Source: Candidatus Hermodarchaeota archaeon
Lineage (GTDB): Archaea; Asgardarchaeota; Lokiarchaeia; Sigyniarchaeales; SOKP01
Assembly: GCA_048885525.1 (NCBI GenBank)
Contig: JBHLLP010000029.1
Span: forward strand, 1-43,028
Length of the DNA: 43,028 nt
Direction: 5' to 3'
Positions 10,025 to 20,707 of the stretch are shown one piece after another (the stretch's first letter is position 1; the number at the start of each line of letters is the position of its first letter). Under the pieces are notes generated by a model. The model was not told the DNA's origin. It was given only the letters and a program-made list of their open reading frames with translations, and did not search any database. A program made the translations under genes and the position numbers.

Positions 10025-10603
10025 ATGTCTCAAAAATATCCAATCAAGAAATACCCTACAATTGCTTGCTGTGGATTAGATTGTGGGTTATGTCCAGTAT
10101 ATTATACTAAAGGCCCTTCAAGATGTCCCGGTTGTTGTGGTTCTAACTTTCATAATAAACATCCTTCCTGCTCAATAATTACGTGTTGTGTAAAACAGTA
10201 TGATTTTGAGACATGTGCAGAGTGTAATGAATTTCCATGTTCAAAAATAGATAAATGGGATAAAGGTGATTCCTTCATTTCTCATAAAGCATCGCTATTG
10301 AATTTGGAAATGATCAAAGAAAAAGGAATTGTACACTTCTTAACTCAACAGAAAAAAAGAATTGAATTACTTGGAATCATGTTAGAGGATTTTAATGAAG
10401 GAAGATCCAAGAGTTTCTATTGTATTGCCACTGCTTTACTTCCAATAGAGGATTTAGAAAATAGCTTACAAGAAAGCAAGCAAAAAATTAAACAGGCAAA
10501 GATTGATGCAAATGACTTAAAAACTAAATCTAAGATACTCAGAGAAAATCTTAATAAATCAGCTAAAGTTAAATCAATAGTATTAAGACTACGAAGAGAT
10601 TAG
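10025..10603 (+). CDS. DUF3795-like Cys-rich protein
   Basis: ACCGLDCGLC...CPGC...CSIITCC...TCAECNEFPC pattern. Confidence 0.8.
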   Translation: MSQKYPIKKYPTIACCGLDCGLCPVYYTKGPSRCPGCCGSNFHNKHPSCSIITCCVKQYDFETCAECNEFPCSKIDKWDKGDSFISHKASLLNLEMIKEKGIVHFLTQQKKRIELLGIMLEDFNEGRSKSFYCIATALLPIEDLENSLQESKQKIKQAKIDANDLKTKSKILRENLNKSAKVKSIVLRLRRD

Positions 10604-10751
10604 TCCCTTAAAATGATAAGAAAGAACAATATCATATGTAAAATATCTGAAAAAAAATTTCATTTTACCAAAATTTTTTGACATTTTAATCTAAAAGTAA
10701 ATATATTTTTAAGGTATTAAATTAAATTAGACTTTAAAAACCTTAAAAAAC

Positions 10752-11135
10752 GTGAAATCTATTTCTGAATCAAATTCAACAGACTCATACCGAGAACCTA
10801 TTTTAAAGAAAGGATATGTGAAGATATTTATTGTAGGTATTACTTTCGCAATAGCTGGATTATTAGTATTATCTCTTTTAAATATGGTTCCGAGAATTTC
10901 ATATGGAGATCCAGGTTATTATGATTATATTAATTTAGTGAGGATTTTATCATCACTTTCGAGACTATTATTTCAAATTGGATTAGTTTTATTTATATTA
11001 TCATTTTTCATTGGTGGTTTGACTGATAGAACACTTTCAGATAATATTCGAAAAGGATTGGTTTTAGCTTCGGGTGTTACAATATTTGGATTAGTAATAC
11101 TAATTATGTATAGTTCAATTATATATTATTATTAA
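10752..11135 (+). CDS. Hypothetical membrane protein (3 TM)
   Basis: 127-aa ORF with GTG start and three hydrophobic segments. Confidence 0.7.
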   Translation: MKSISESNSTDSYREPILKKGYVKIFIVGITFAIAGLLVLSLLNMVPRISYGDPGYYDYINLVRILSSLSRLLFQIGLVLFILSFFIGGLTDRTLSDNIRKGLVLASGVTIFGLVILIMYSSIIYYY

Positions 11136-11285
11136 TTCTCTATTTTTCAACCTTCTAATAGAAATAAAATCGATTAAATGAGAATTAAGAGTTAATAAAA
11201 ATATTTTTTTTTAAAAATATTTTTGAAATCTTGAATGTTATTTATAAAATAATTCATTTTTCCTTTATAAAGGAGTCAATCTTAA

Positions 11286-12902
11286 ATGGATTCTAAAGAA
11301 TTAGAGAAAAACGTGTATTTTGGTGGAAGGATCCTCACTATGAATGATCATCAACCATTCATAAATGCTGTAGGCATTGAAGGAGAGAGGATAATAGCAA
11401 TAGGTAGTCTTGAAGAAGTAAAAAAGAAAATGAAGAAAGATTTAAAATTAATTGATTTGAAAGGAAAAACAATGCTTCCAGGATTTATAGAATCCCATAT
11501 GCATCCTATAACTCTACTATTCTTTCTTTTAAATGTAGATCTTTCTTTTTGTAAAAGTTTAACAGAAGTTCAAGAGGCTATAATTGAATCAGCTAATGAA
11601 AAATCCCAAGATGAATTAATCTTTGGACATAGTTTAAAAGAAGAACAATTTGATGTCCCTATTTTACCCACTAAATGGGATCTTGATATATGCACGAATC
11701 CTGTATTCATTTTGCGATATGATGGTCATATAGGAGTTGCAAATTCGAAGGCATTAGAATTAATGGGAATAGATGCCAACACAAAGGTTCCTGATGGCGG
11801 AGAAATCAGACGGAATGAGAATGGTGATATTACTGGAGTTATTTCCGAGGAAGCATTAGAATTAGTGTATTCAACAGCAGCAAAATACTTAATGCCTAAA
11901 CCTGATGTGATTAAAAAAACTGCTATCAAAGCTTTCAACTTTTTAGCTAAGAAAGGGATAACATCAATTCAAGGAATCTTTAATTATGATAAAGAAGAAG
12001 GTGGATTAAGCCTTGTTGAAGTTCCCATTTATAAAACAATTCAAGATTATATATTACAGAATTGCTATGCAATGATATGTACAGATAAACCTAAAAAGCT
12101 AACCAGATTAAAAAAGAAGCCTTTAGATGGTGGCAAAGTTGATAGTAAGTTTAAATTGAATACTCTGAAGTTATTTTTGGATGGAAGTTTCGGAGCAAAA
12201 ACAGCTTGTATGTGGGAACCATTTGCAGATGCTCCTAATATGTGTGGTTTCTGTGTAGTAGAAGAAGATGAGATTTATGAAAAAATGAAATCAGCCCACA
12301 AGTTAGGTTTTCAAATTATAACTCACGCCATTGGTGATAGGGCTAATAGAATTGCAGTTAATTTGTATAAAAAGTTGCTAGATGAATTTCCAAAAGAAGA
12401 TCATCGACATAGAGTTGAACACGCCTCAATGCTCACCAACGATGTAATAAAAGATATGAAAGAATATGGTATAATTGCTTCATGTCAACCACCCTTCATT
12501 AATTCAGAGTATATGTGGCTAGAGAAGAGATTGGGTAAAGAAAGATGCAAATATACTTATCCAATGAAATCCATTGTAGATGCAGGAGTTATACTTATTT
12601 CGGGTTCTGACTGTCCAATTGAGGATCCTAGCCCGATTTTAGGATTACATGCTTTAGTTAATAGAAATGGATTTATTCCTGAGCAATGTATTACAATAGA
12701 AGAAGCATTAAAAACTTATACAATAAATGCTGCCTATGGAGCATTCGAAGAAAAAATTAAAGGGAGTATAGAAATTGGAAAGTTAGCAGATTTAGTCATT
12801 TTAGACAAAAATCCTCTTGAAGTTCCAAACGATCAAATCAAGGATATTCAAGTAATCGAAACTATCATTAGAGGGAAATCAGTATACAAGCAAGAAAGTT
12901 AA
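11286..12902 (+). CDS. Amidohydrolase family 3 (YtcJ-like) metal-dependent hydrolase
   Basis: DLKGKTMLPGFIESHMH, KLFLDGSFGAKTA, HAIGDRA, HRVEHA, GSDCP, YTINAAY, GSIEIGKLADLVIL. Confidence 0.92.
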   Translation: MDSKELEKNVYFGGRILTMNDHQPFINAVGIEGERIIAIGSLEEVKKKMKKDLKLIDLKGKTMLPGFIESHMHPITLLFFLLNVDLSFCKSLTEVQEAIIESANEKSQDELIFGHSLKEEQFDVPILPTKWDLDICTNPVFILRYDGHIGVANSKALELMGIDANTKVPDGGEIRRNENGDITGVISEEALELVYSTAAKYLMPKPDVIKKTAIKAFNFLAKKGITSIQGIFNYDKEEGGLSLVEVPIYKTIQDYILQNCYAMICTDKPKKLTRLKKKPLDGGKVDSKFKLNTLKLFLDGSFGAKTACMWEPFADAPNMCGFCVVEEDEIYEKMKSAHKLGFQIITHAIGDRANRIAVNLYKKLLDEFPKEDHRHRVEHASMLTNDVIKDMKEYGIIASCQPPFINSEYMWLEKRLGKERCKYTYPMKSIVDAGVILISGSDCPIEDPSPILGLHALVNRNGFIPEQCITIEEALKTYTINAAYGAFEEKIKGSIEIGKLADLVILDKNPLEVPNDQIKDIQVIETIIRGKSVYKQES

Positions 12903-12916
12903 TATAGTTTTTTATC

Positions 12917-13102
12917 TCACATTTTTCTTTTATAACCTTCCAAATAATTATGTGGTGCTATTACTGTCATTCTTTCTTTAAAGAATGGAATTTGGAAGAT
13001 CCAGCTCAATTTAGTTCCCATTCCACTGATTAATACAATTGGTTGGCCCTCACCTTCTTTTATCTAATATAATTGTATCCCATTGTACTTAAAATAAGGT
13101 AT
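12917..13102 (-). pseudogene. Remnant of an alpha/beta hydrolase N-terminus
   Basis: Reads IPYFKYNGIQLY*IKEGEGQPIVLISGMGTKLSWIFQIPFFKERMTVIAPHN then YLEGYKRKM*. ATA sits where Met is expected, there is an in-frame TAG at 13066-13064, and the catalytic part is absent. Confidence 0.75.
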
Positions 13103-13180
13103 TTTTACTCATCTCATCTATTTTGGCATTTTACAATCTTATAAGAAAAATTTAAAATATTAATTTGGTTAAAAAAGAAT

Positions 13181-14356
13181 TTAATCAGTAAAATACAAGT
13201 GCTCATCGAAGCCAGTTTCGGCAATCAAATCCTGTCCAAGTTTTTGAATAGCTTTCTTAGTTGGTTCCTGTAGTATTCTTCTCGCTATGTTTATGACTTT
13301 TGTTAACTTAGGATCTGGAAAATCTCTTATAATTTGATCATAGCGCCCAAAATTAATTCCTGCGGTATATACACCTGCACTTCCGTGACCCGCCGCACTA
13401 CTTGTCTGCCAATGTTCAACCTTTACTTCAATGTTAGATAAAAGATGTGAACAAAAAAACCATTCTAAATAGAGATTCATTCTTTTAGATTTTCTTTTCG
13501 TATCTTTTAGCATTTTAAGAGCTCGATTTAGTCGATCAGGGTGAATCTGTCTAAATACTCTTTCATAGCTTTCATTCATATTATCTCTTACATGATCCTT
13601 AATAGTCTGGATTATCTCTTCAACTTTCTTTGCTCTTTCTCCAGTTATTTCATGTTCGATTGAACGTAAATGTTGTTCAATGGCATTTTGTGATTGCTGG
13701 CTTCTTTCAATCGAAACAGTTTCGGTTGATGAAATTTGTTGATCTCTTGATGAAGGACTACTTCTCGCTTGGATTTCTGAGGGCACACTGTAAATTTCTT
13801 TGGGAGGTAATGTAAATAATGTATCTAATTTAGAAGGATCTTCTCTCACTTCATTAAATTTTTCTTGTATCTCTTGAATATTATATCCAATTGATTGTAA
13901 GTAAAACGCAGCACTAGCAAGTTGCTGTTCTAATGCGGATGATTCACTATATGTAGTTCCGGTTCCAAATTCCTTTTCTATCTGTTCATCAGCAATTAGA
14001 CTAATTTTCTTCTGTTTAATTTCATTTAAATTTAATGAACCTAATTTGGTAAGGATGTATTGGATTTGATTAGTGCTTAAATAATTCAATTTTCCTGTAG
14101 GTCCGATCATATGAGAAATTTTTTCCATTTTTCTAAGGGTTTCAGCAATGTCTTCTTGTTTTCTTCCCTTTGATATTATTAAAAAGTATTCTAAGAAATT
14201 TTTATCGAACCCAGCAATTATTCTAAGAAAATTTTCATCATATTTATTAAGATGCTCATGTAATTGATTTCCGCGAAGATCCTCAGGTAAACTAATCTGA
14301 TACACCATGATATTATCAGTAATCATATAGATATAGTCTGATTTTTGCATAAGCAT
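13181..14356 (-). CDS. Hypothetical protein (391 aa, two helical regions joined by a Ser/Gln-rich linker)
   Basis: Long ORF with no recognised motif. The start could be a later Met. Confidence 0.75.
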   Translation of the reverse strand: MLMQKSDYIYMITDNIMVYQISLPEDLRGNQLHEHLNKYDENFLRIIAGFDKNFLEYFLIISKGRKQEDIAETLRKMEKISHMIGPTGKLNYLSTNQIQYILTKLGSLNLNEIKQKKISLIADEQIEKEFGTGTTYSESSALEQQLASAAFYLQSIGYNIQEIQEKFNEVREDPSKLDTLFTLPPKEIYSVPSEIQARSSPSSRDQQISSTETVSIERSQQSQNAIEQHLRSIEHEITGERAKKVEEIIQTIKDHVRDNMNESYERVFRQIHPDRLNRALKMLKDTKRKSKRMNLYLEWFFCSHLLSNIEVKVEHWQTSSAAGHGSAGVYTAGINFGRYDQIIRDFPDPKLTKVINIARRILQEPTKKAIQKLGQDLIAETGFDEHLYFTD

Positions 14357-14434
14357 CTAAAATTTAAGGCTTTTTACCATTAAAAAAATTATGATCTTAA
14401 TAATAAAATAGATTCTATTCTTATATATTTTACA

Positions 14435-14926
14435 TTAATGATGATTTCGATACTTTATAGCTATTTTTCGTGCTAATTCCATTTGTTCTTTTGTTTCAAG
14501 GCAGCATGGTCTAAATTTTCGAATCCATTTTACTGGATCCAAGCCATCTGGAATATGACCATTAAAAGCAGCCCATGCTACGATCATTATACCCGTTCTT
14601 CCACAACCTGCTACGCAATGTACTACAATTGGTTCTTTATTCACTTTAAGCTTACTAGTAATATCTAGAAATTTTTCAATTTGAGAATCTGTAGGAATGC
14701 CAAAATCGGGTATATTAATATGAAAATATTGAAACTCATTTGGTATGTCTTTCCGATTATCAAATTCAGAACAATTTATAATACATTTAATGCCTTCTTT
14801 TTTATATTTCTCAAATAAGAGAGCGTCTGGCCACCAAGAAGCAGCAATTTTTCCCTGTACGATCCAAGTAAATGGAGAAGTTTTTTCAGGCATACCATTT
14901 TTAGGCCAATACCAAGGACGAACCAT
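14435..14926 (-). CDS. Dual-specificity / protein-tyrosine phosphatase
   Basis: Catalytic VHCVAGCGRTG (HCx5R), upstream IPDFGIP acid loop, and IRKFRP...ETKEQ. Confidence 0.92.
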   Translation of the reverse strand: MVRPWYWPKNGMPEKTSPFTWIVQGKIAASWWPDALLFEKYKKEGIKCIINCSEFDNRKDIPNEFQYFHINIPDFGIPTDSQIEKFLDITSKLKVNKEPIVVHCVAGCGRTGIMIVAWAAFNGHIPDGLDPVKWIRKFRPCCLETKEQMELARKIAIKYRNHH

Positions 14927-15007
14927 AGATCAACTTATCTTGAAATTTTTAAATATTTTAGTAATTAGGAAGTAACATTTTAAAACTTTATATGAATTTA
15001 GATAACT

Positions 15008-15538
15008 ATGAATCTTTGGAAAGATATTCCCTCTGGAGATAATCCACCAATTATTCTAAACGCAGTAATAGAAGTGATTAGTGGTTCGAGAGACAAATAC
15101 GAGTATAAACCTGAATGGGAAGCTTTTTTACTAGATCGAGTGATTCCTTCATCTGTAATTTTTCCTGTTGAATATGGTTTTATCCCTCAATCATGGTCAG
15201 ATGATGATGATCCTCTTGATATAATGGTATTAAGTTATGAACCACTTGAAGTAGGGTGTATTGTAAAAGTTCGAGTTATAGGGGCTTTAATTATTGAAGA
15301 TGAGCATGGAGATGATCCGAAAATTCTTTCTGTTCTAATTAATGATGCTAGATTTAGTGGGTATAATGATATAAGTGATGCCCATAGCCACAAACTTAAG
15401 GAAATTCAAGAATTTTATGAAACATATAAGCGATTAGAACCACATAAATGGGTAAAATTTAAGGAATGGAAAAACGCTAAGGAAGCCCAAAAAATTGTCA
15501 AGTATTCTCTAAACCTATTCAAAAGTAAAAGATTTTAG
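15008..15538 (+). CDS. ppa: Inorganic pyrophosphatase (family I)
   Basis: VIE...GSRDKYE, LDRV, P.EYGFIPQ, DDDDPLD, DPKIL, FYETYKRLE. Confidence 0.95.
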   Translation: MNLWKDIPSGDNPPIILNAVIEVISGSRDKYEYKPEWEAFLLDRVIPSSVIFPVEYGFIPQSWSDDDDPLDIMVLSYEPLEVGCIVKVRVIGALIIEDEHGDDPKILSVLINDARFSGYNDISDAHSHKLKEIQEFYETYKRLEPHKWVKFKEWKNAKEAQKIVKYSLNLFKSKRF

Positions 15539-15584
15539 TTAAAATTTATTAAATATAAAAAAAAATTTTGAAAATTAAATAAGA

Positions 15585-18500
15585 TTATTTCAATATACGT
15601 ATTCTTTTCCATTTTTTAAGCATTATCACACAAATGCCTAATGCCGCTAATATTAAGAAAGATATGCTATATCCTGAGATCCTCCTCCCTGGTGATGGAA
15701 TAGCAACTGTAATCTTAACACAATTAGAAAGAGTTAAGCTAAAATCATTTTTAGCTACAGCAATGAAGTAATATATCCCATTCTGATACTCACTTAAAGG
15801 GAGTGCTTGTTCTGTAATCTCTTCTGCTAGGAGTGTTAAACTTCCATTAATTACAGTTATATAACTGGAATACTGATATACTGAATAACTTTTTGCTCCA
15901 ATCGATTCAGTCCAGGAGAGATTAAATGCACCATCATTATCATGTGGAGTATCTGCATCAGAACTTAAATCAAATGGTTGAGGTGGTTGTGCTATTTTTA
16001 CATTAACTTCTATACAGTTTGATTTTGTTTCACCATTATTATTATATGCAACTACAATAAAGTAATATTTTCCATCAGAGTATCCATCTAAGTGTAATTG
16101 AAGATCTTTCGTATCTTCTATTAGAATGGTTAGAGTTACATTAATTATCGTTATATAACTGGAATGTTCATAAACAGTATATGATAGAACCCCATGTGCT
16201 TCTGTCCACATTAAATCAAATATGCCATCATCATCAAAAGGTGAATTAGCATTTGTTATTAAATTAAAAGTGTCTGGAGGCTCATATGTTCCTGAAGAGT
16301 AAATTAAAATATCATCAATAAGCCAACCTCTATAATAATTATTTATTGAATCATACGTGTCAAAATGAAATTTCAATTGGATAACCATTCCAATATAAGC
16401 AGAAATATTCAATATTATTTTCTCCCATGGTTTAATGTACATAGAGTCGCTTTGATATAAAAGGTTCCAATCAATACCATTTGTTGAGATATAAACAAAT
16501 GATTCATCCCAACCAAATCCTTCAGCTTCTCTCCAATGATAGAATTCTAATGTAGCATCCATGTAACTAGATAAATTTATAGGAATGGAAGTAAAATTAC
16601 CCATTTCTCTGAAGCCTGTATCAAAAGTTCCTGTTGATTCATCACCAAACCACATCGAATGAGTTGGAGAATTATATGGATTGGACCATAAGCTACTATC
16701 ATCTGTTAAATGCCATAAACCTGTAATAGATTCCCAATTAGATAACCCGTTTTCAAAATCATCGAAAAACACTTCTATGCTAACAGTAATTAACTTGCTC
16801 TGAAAATTGTTAGAAATGTAAACTTCTCCTATTATTGGAGGAGTAAAAACTGTAAAATTATGGGTTGTATAGTTGAGGGGAGTCCAAGAATAAGTTATAC
16901 TTCTATTTTCACCTGAAGGTAAATTTGGAATCAATGTTGAGTTGATAATACTACCATCTAAATACAAAAATAAATCAATATTAGACTCATTATTCAACCC
17001 AAAATTAGTCACTGTTCCCTTAATTTGATAGGTTGTACCTACTTCACAGAAGGTTGGAACACCCATTGATACACTCAATTCATGATCAATATAGGTAAAA
17101 ACAATGTTAGATTCTACAAACTTACACGAATAGGTGCCTAATCCTCCCAAATAAAAAAATGTACCATGTAATAAGATTCCAGTATTTTTGTCATAATATG
17201 CTATCCCACCAGGAATACTCAAATCTTCTAATACCCATACTTGAACGGAACCATAACCAGGTAAAATATAATACGATTCTCCAGTAACCTCAAATAGATG
17301 ATTTCCTTCAGCATCAACTGCAATATATATCAGATCACCAATTGAAACTTCAGTAAAAATCCATATAGGTGTATAAGTTCCATTCCCAAATTGCCATCCA
17401 TCTCCTCCAGAATTTTCCATAATCCTTGTTTTAGCATTTACATCCCAAAACATATGAGATAAAGACCCATATTCATATACATACCAATCAACATTAAATA
17501 TAGGTCCTGAAATATGAGAATAGTTAACTTGTGATGGTTTTTCATAACCGAAAATGGTAAAAGTATAATTAATGTGCAAACCATCAAATAAGTGGATTTC
17601 ATGAATGGATATAATTTTAGTTGCGAAGTTGTTTGCTGTATAAAATTCACTCACTACTGGTGGACTATAACAAGAGAAATTATAGGTTCCATAATCAAGC
17701 GGAGTCCATGAATAGCTAATGGTCTCATTTTCACCAGAAAGTAAACTTGAAATTATAGTTGAGTTAACTGTGAGATTATCGAGATAAAGAAAAAAATCAA
17801 CATTAGATTCAGTAAAATTTCCATTATTAATAACTGTAGCATTAATGATATAAGTGTTATAAATATCCGGCATGCTTGGGACATCTAATATAACTTTTAA
17901 TTCATGATCTAATTCTTTAAAAAAGGTATCTGCATATCCCGGGGTATGTATAGGAACGCTCGGAGATTCAGGTGTAGTTTCTTCTAAAATCCCTGATACA
18001 TATCTTTCAATTTTGAATGAAGAGATAGTACCTATCAAATCCGAACTCCCTATGTCTAGAAAAAAGTTAACCTCATTATTTGCATCGTAATATGTTTGAA
18101 AGTCAGAAATATCTAAAGTCATAAATTCTGGAAGTAGATTAGCTCCATCAAATTCATAATAAGGAGTTTTCTCAGCTAATGGGGCATTGTGAGGGCCTAT
18201 TCCTAATGTAGTAAGATTAATCATTCGAGTAGGAGCAGGATCAAACTCCCAATTAGCAATTAAACTAGGAAGATAATCTATTCTATCCTCAATAACACAT
18301 AAATGAAGTAAAAAATCACCTAAAGCAAACCCAATTTCTTTTAAAGTTTCATATGTTAACCAATAATATCCATTATCTCCAAAGGATAAACCCCATGAAT
18401 TTACTACGCGAAATGCTCCTATATCTCCATCATCCGTTATGCTATCATCAAATCCAACAATGCATTGAGCATGGTTGTAACCAAGCGAGGTATACTCTGT

Positions 18501-19394
18501 AGATGATATTATATAATTACCATCTAAAAAACCAGCATCATATTCCCAAGCATCAAGAGCAAAAGTAACTGGAGACCCTCCTGAAATCATACTTTTAATG
18601 GCATCAATAGTAGAATCTGGATTTCCTTCATCAAAATCCATGAGATAATAATCATATGCTCTATGATAGGGGGCTTCTCTCCACGCTGTTTCGTTTCCCC
18701 AATTATCAACATCAGTATCATCGTATTGCATTGACGACATCGTTGCGCAACCCCAATCTACAAGTATTTGAGCATTGGTTGTCATCCAAGAACCATAATC
18801 TATAGGAGCTACTTTATTATAAGACCAAGCAGGACTCATTAAATAATCAGAATTACCGGATTTTGCATTCCATCCATAATCTTTTGCCTCTAAATATCCA
18901 TACGAATAATAAGTTGAAGCCCAAGCAGCGCAAGAACTTTGATACATTTGATCCCCAACAGCCGGAAACCAAATGTCAGCAGAAAGATCGTGAGTTCCTT
19001 TAGGTTTTTGATGTTCAGATTCTGATATTGCACTAATTATCGATAATTTACCGATAAGTTGCTCTAATTCTTCTTGTGTAGGTGGTGCTAAACCTGTACC
19101 ATGATCATCGATAATAATATTATAATTTTTTCCTTCTTCTCTTAGATCAATCTTTGATTTCATAAAATCTACTTCCTCTTGAGTTAAGTATTTAGCCAAA
19201 TACTCTTTGCCATTCATAGTGCATACAAAAGTTTCAGAGGGATAATATCTACTCAAATTGGCCTCAATTTCGCTATGCTCTGGTTGATCATTTATAACAA
19301 AGATAATACCAGAATTTGAAGTAGTTAAAAATGAAAAAAACAGGAGAAAGATAAAAAACCAAATAAAGATTGCTTTTTTGTTTAAAAATTTCAT
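15585..19394 (-). CDS. Cell-surface papain-like (C1) cysteine protease with 2 CARDB-like, one beta-sandwich and 2 FN3-like domains and a Loki-CTERM-type anchor
   Basis: Signal peptide; VGDQMYQSSCAAWA (Gln/Cys), NHAQCIVG (His), VVNSWG..FGDNGYYW (Asn); duplicated 'DHEL...N.G...ESN.D.FLYLD...SYSWTP' and 'PP..F.L...A..P.D.DG.F.L.WTE...YYFI.VA.N...SNC' modules; C-terminal ISGY-TM-basic tail. Confidence 0.88.
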   Translation of the reverse strand: MKFLNKKAIFIWFFIFLLFFSFLTTSNSGIIFVINDQPEHSEIEANLSRYYPSETFVCTMNGKEYLAKYLTQEEVDFMKSKIDLREEGKNYNIIIDDHGTGLAPPTQEELEQLIGKLSIISAISESEHQKPKGTHDLSADIWFPAVGDQMYQSSCAAWASTYYSYGYLEAKDYGWNAKSGNSDYLMSPAWSYNKVAPIDYGSWMTTNAQILVDWGCATMSSMQYDDTDVDNWGNETAWREAPYHRAYDYYLMDFDEGNPDSTIDAIKSMISGGSPVTFALDAWEYDAGFLDGNYIISSTEYTSLGYNHAQCIVGFDDSITDDGDIGAFRVVNSWGLSFGDNGYYWLTYETLKEIGFALGDFLLHLCVIEDRIDYLPSLIANWEFDPAPTRMINLTTLGIGPHNAPLAEKTPYYEFDGANLLPEFMTLDISDFQTYYDANNEVNFFLDIGSSDLIGTISSFKIERYVSGILEETTPESPSVPIHTPGYADTFFKELDHELKVILDVPSMPDIYNTYIINATVINNGNFTESNVDFFLYLDNLTVNSTIISSLLSGENETISYSWTPLDYGTYNFSCYSPPVVSEFYTANNFATKIISIHEIHLFDGLHINYTFTIFGYEKPSQVNYSHISGPIFNVDWYVYEYGSLSHMFWDVNAKTRIMENSGGDGWQFGNGTYTPIWIFTEVSIGDLIYIAVDAEGNHLFEVTGESYYILPGYGSVQVWVLEDLSIPGGIAYYDKNTGILLHGTFFYLGGLGTYSCKFVESNIVFTYIDHELSVSMGVPTFCEVGTTYQIKGTVTNFGLNNESNIDLFLYLDGSIINSTLIPNLPSGENRSITYSWTPLNYTTHNFTVFTPPIIGEVYISNNFQSKLITVSIEVFFDDFENGLSNWESITGLWHLTDDSSLWSNPYNSPTHSMWFGDESTGTFDTGFREMGNFTSIPINLSSYMDATLEFYHWREAEGFGWDESFVYISTNGIDWNLLYQSDSMYIKPWEKIILNISAYIGMVIQLKFHFDTYDSINNYYRGWLIDDILIYSSGTYEPPDTFNLITNANSPFDDDGIFDLMWTEAHGVLSYTVYEHSSYITIINVTLTILIEDTKDLQLHLDGYSDGKYYFIVVAYNNNGETKSNCIEVNVKIAQPPQPFDLSSDADTPHDNDGAFNLSWTESIGAKSYSVYQYSSYITVINGSLTLLAEEITEQALPLSEYQNGIYYFIAVAKNDFSLTLSNCVKITVAIPSPGRRISGYSISFLILAALGICVIMLKKWKRIRILK

Positions 19395-19581
19395 AAGGAT
19401 TTCCTAGTTTTATATTTAATCTTTAAAGTTTAAGATTATTAATATTAAAGATTTATAGTTTAATATTTATACATTATTATCTTTAAAATGGATAATATAT
19501 ATAATCTAAGTTATGTAATAATGAATCTTTATAATCTTTCTATCGTTTTATTAGGTAAAGTGCGTCATCAAATTTAGAATT

Positions 19582-20049
19582 ATGGTAGATAAAGAAAATT
19601 TAACAGCTTTTGATACCCGAAAATATCCTGTGAGACCACATGTAGGAGTAGGGGTGTTATTAACACGTAATAAGCGATTATTATTGGTCAAAAGAAAATA
19701 TAGTCCTGATGCAGGCTATTGGAGTATTCCTGGAGGACATTTAGATCTTGGAGAAAGAGTGGAAGCCGCAGCAGAGAGAGAGGCATTTGAGGAAACCGGA
19801 TTTAAGGTAAAAATTTCAAGATTGGCGGGGATAATAGATAAAATTATGTATGATGATAATGGAAAAATAGAATATCATTATGTTTTAATCAACTATTTTG
19901 TTGAACAAATAGAAGGAGATCCGAATCAACAACCTAAGGCTGCAGATGATGCTCTAGCTGCAAAATTTGTTTCTTTTGATGAATTAAAAGATTATAAGCT
20001 AACTGAATCTTTAATTGAACTTCTAAAACAATTAAAAATAGGTTTTTAA
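19582..20049 (+). CDS. Nudix hydrolase (ADP-ribose pyrophosphatase-like)
   Basis: Nudix box GGHLDLGERVEAAAEREAFEETG. Confidence 0.93.
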   Translation: MVDKENLTAFDTRKYPVRPHVGVGVLLTRNKRLLLVKRKYSPDAGYWSIPGGHLDLGERVEAAAEREAFEETGFKVKISRLAGIIDKIMYDDNGKIEYHYVLINYFVEQIEGDPNQQPKAADDALAAKFVSFDELKDYKLTESLIELLKQLKIGF

Positions 20050-20196
20050 TAAATCACATTTTATTTTTAGAATCATAAATATCATTGTTTTATTTCTAAT
20101 AATCAATTATATTTATGACAAAAAAGTAAATATTTAAATCGTAAATTATAATCATTAGAATTGCATCGAAATCTAATTATTAAGAAAATATTAAAG

Positions 20197-20535
20197 GTGA
20201 GTATCATAACAATTCTTTTTTCGAAAGTTTGGTTTCCAGCAGATCAATCAAATAAAGTAGCGAAGAGATATATCGATTGGCTGAAAGACAATCCACCTGA
20301 CAAAACAGTTGAAATAAATGTTCGCATAGGGGTTTTATCAGATGAGAATGGAAATATTTTGGTAATTAGTATGGCTGACATAGTGAAAGGAAAAGAACAA
20401 GAAGCATTGAATAATGTACATAAACAAAATGTATTCATGGCCGCAGGTATTGAAGGATTCAAATACAAATGTGAAATAATATTGGATTTTAAGGAGGCAT
20501 ATAAAATACTAAACATGACCGCACCAGAAGTATAA
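20197..20535 (+). CDS. Hypothetical protein (start uncertain: TTG 20161, GTG 20197 or ATA 20206)
   Basis: Open frame ...TILFSKVWFPADQSNKVAKRYIDWLKDNPPD...IEGFKY...EAYKIL. GGTGAG at 20196-20201 precedes ATA 20206. T-rich tract after the stop. Confidence 0.7.
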   Translation: MSIITILFSKVWFPADQSNKVAKRYIDWLKDNPPDKTVEINVRIGVLSDENGNILVISMADIVKGKEQEALNNVHKQNVFMAAGIEGFKYKCEIILDFKEAYKILNMTAPEV

Positions 20536-20707
20536 ATTTTTAATTACTTTTTTTTTAATTTTTGTTTTACTACTAATGTTCTTTAATCATAGTTTAATTA
20601 GGAATTTTTTATAATAAGACAAAAGAATATAATTTTACTAATATTATTTAGCAATAGAGAATGCTCGATGGATTTATAAAAAAAATATTTTTAGTAGGTT
20701 CTAGAAT

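Noticed and set aside
13064-13066. In-frame TAG as possible pyrrolysine codon
   Set aside because: The ORF also lacks a start and is truncated, so decay is the simpler explanation. No pyl genes are in the window.
19582-20049. Nudix enzyme as a thiamine damage-control hydrolase because it is near thiC
   Set aside because: Only proximity supports it; substrate cannot be read from the sequence.
20540-20707. TPP riboswitch upstream of thiC (also checked upstream of thiD, 29950-30330)
   Set aside because: No GC-rich stems or CTGAGA-type core visible; both regions are very AT-rich.
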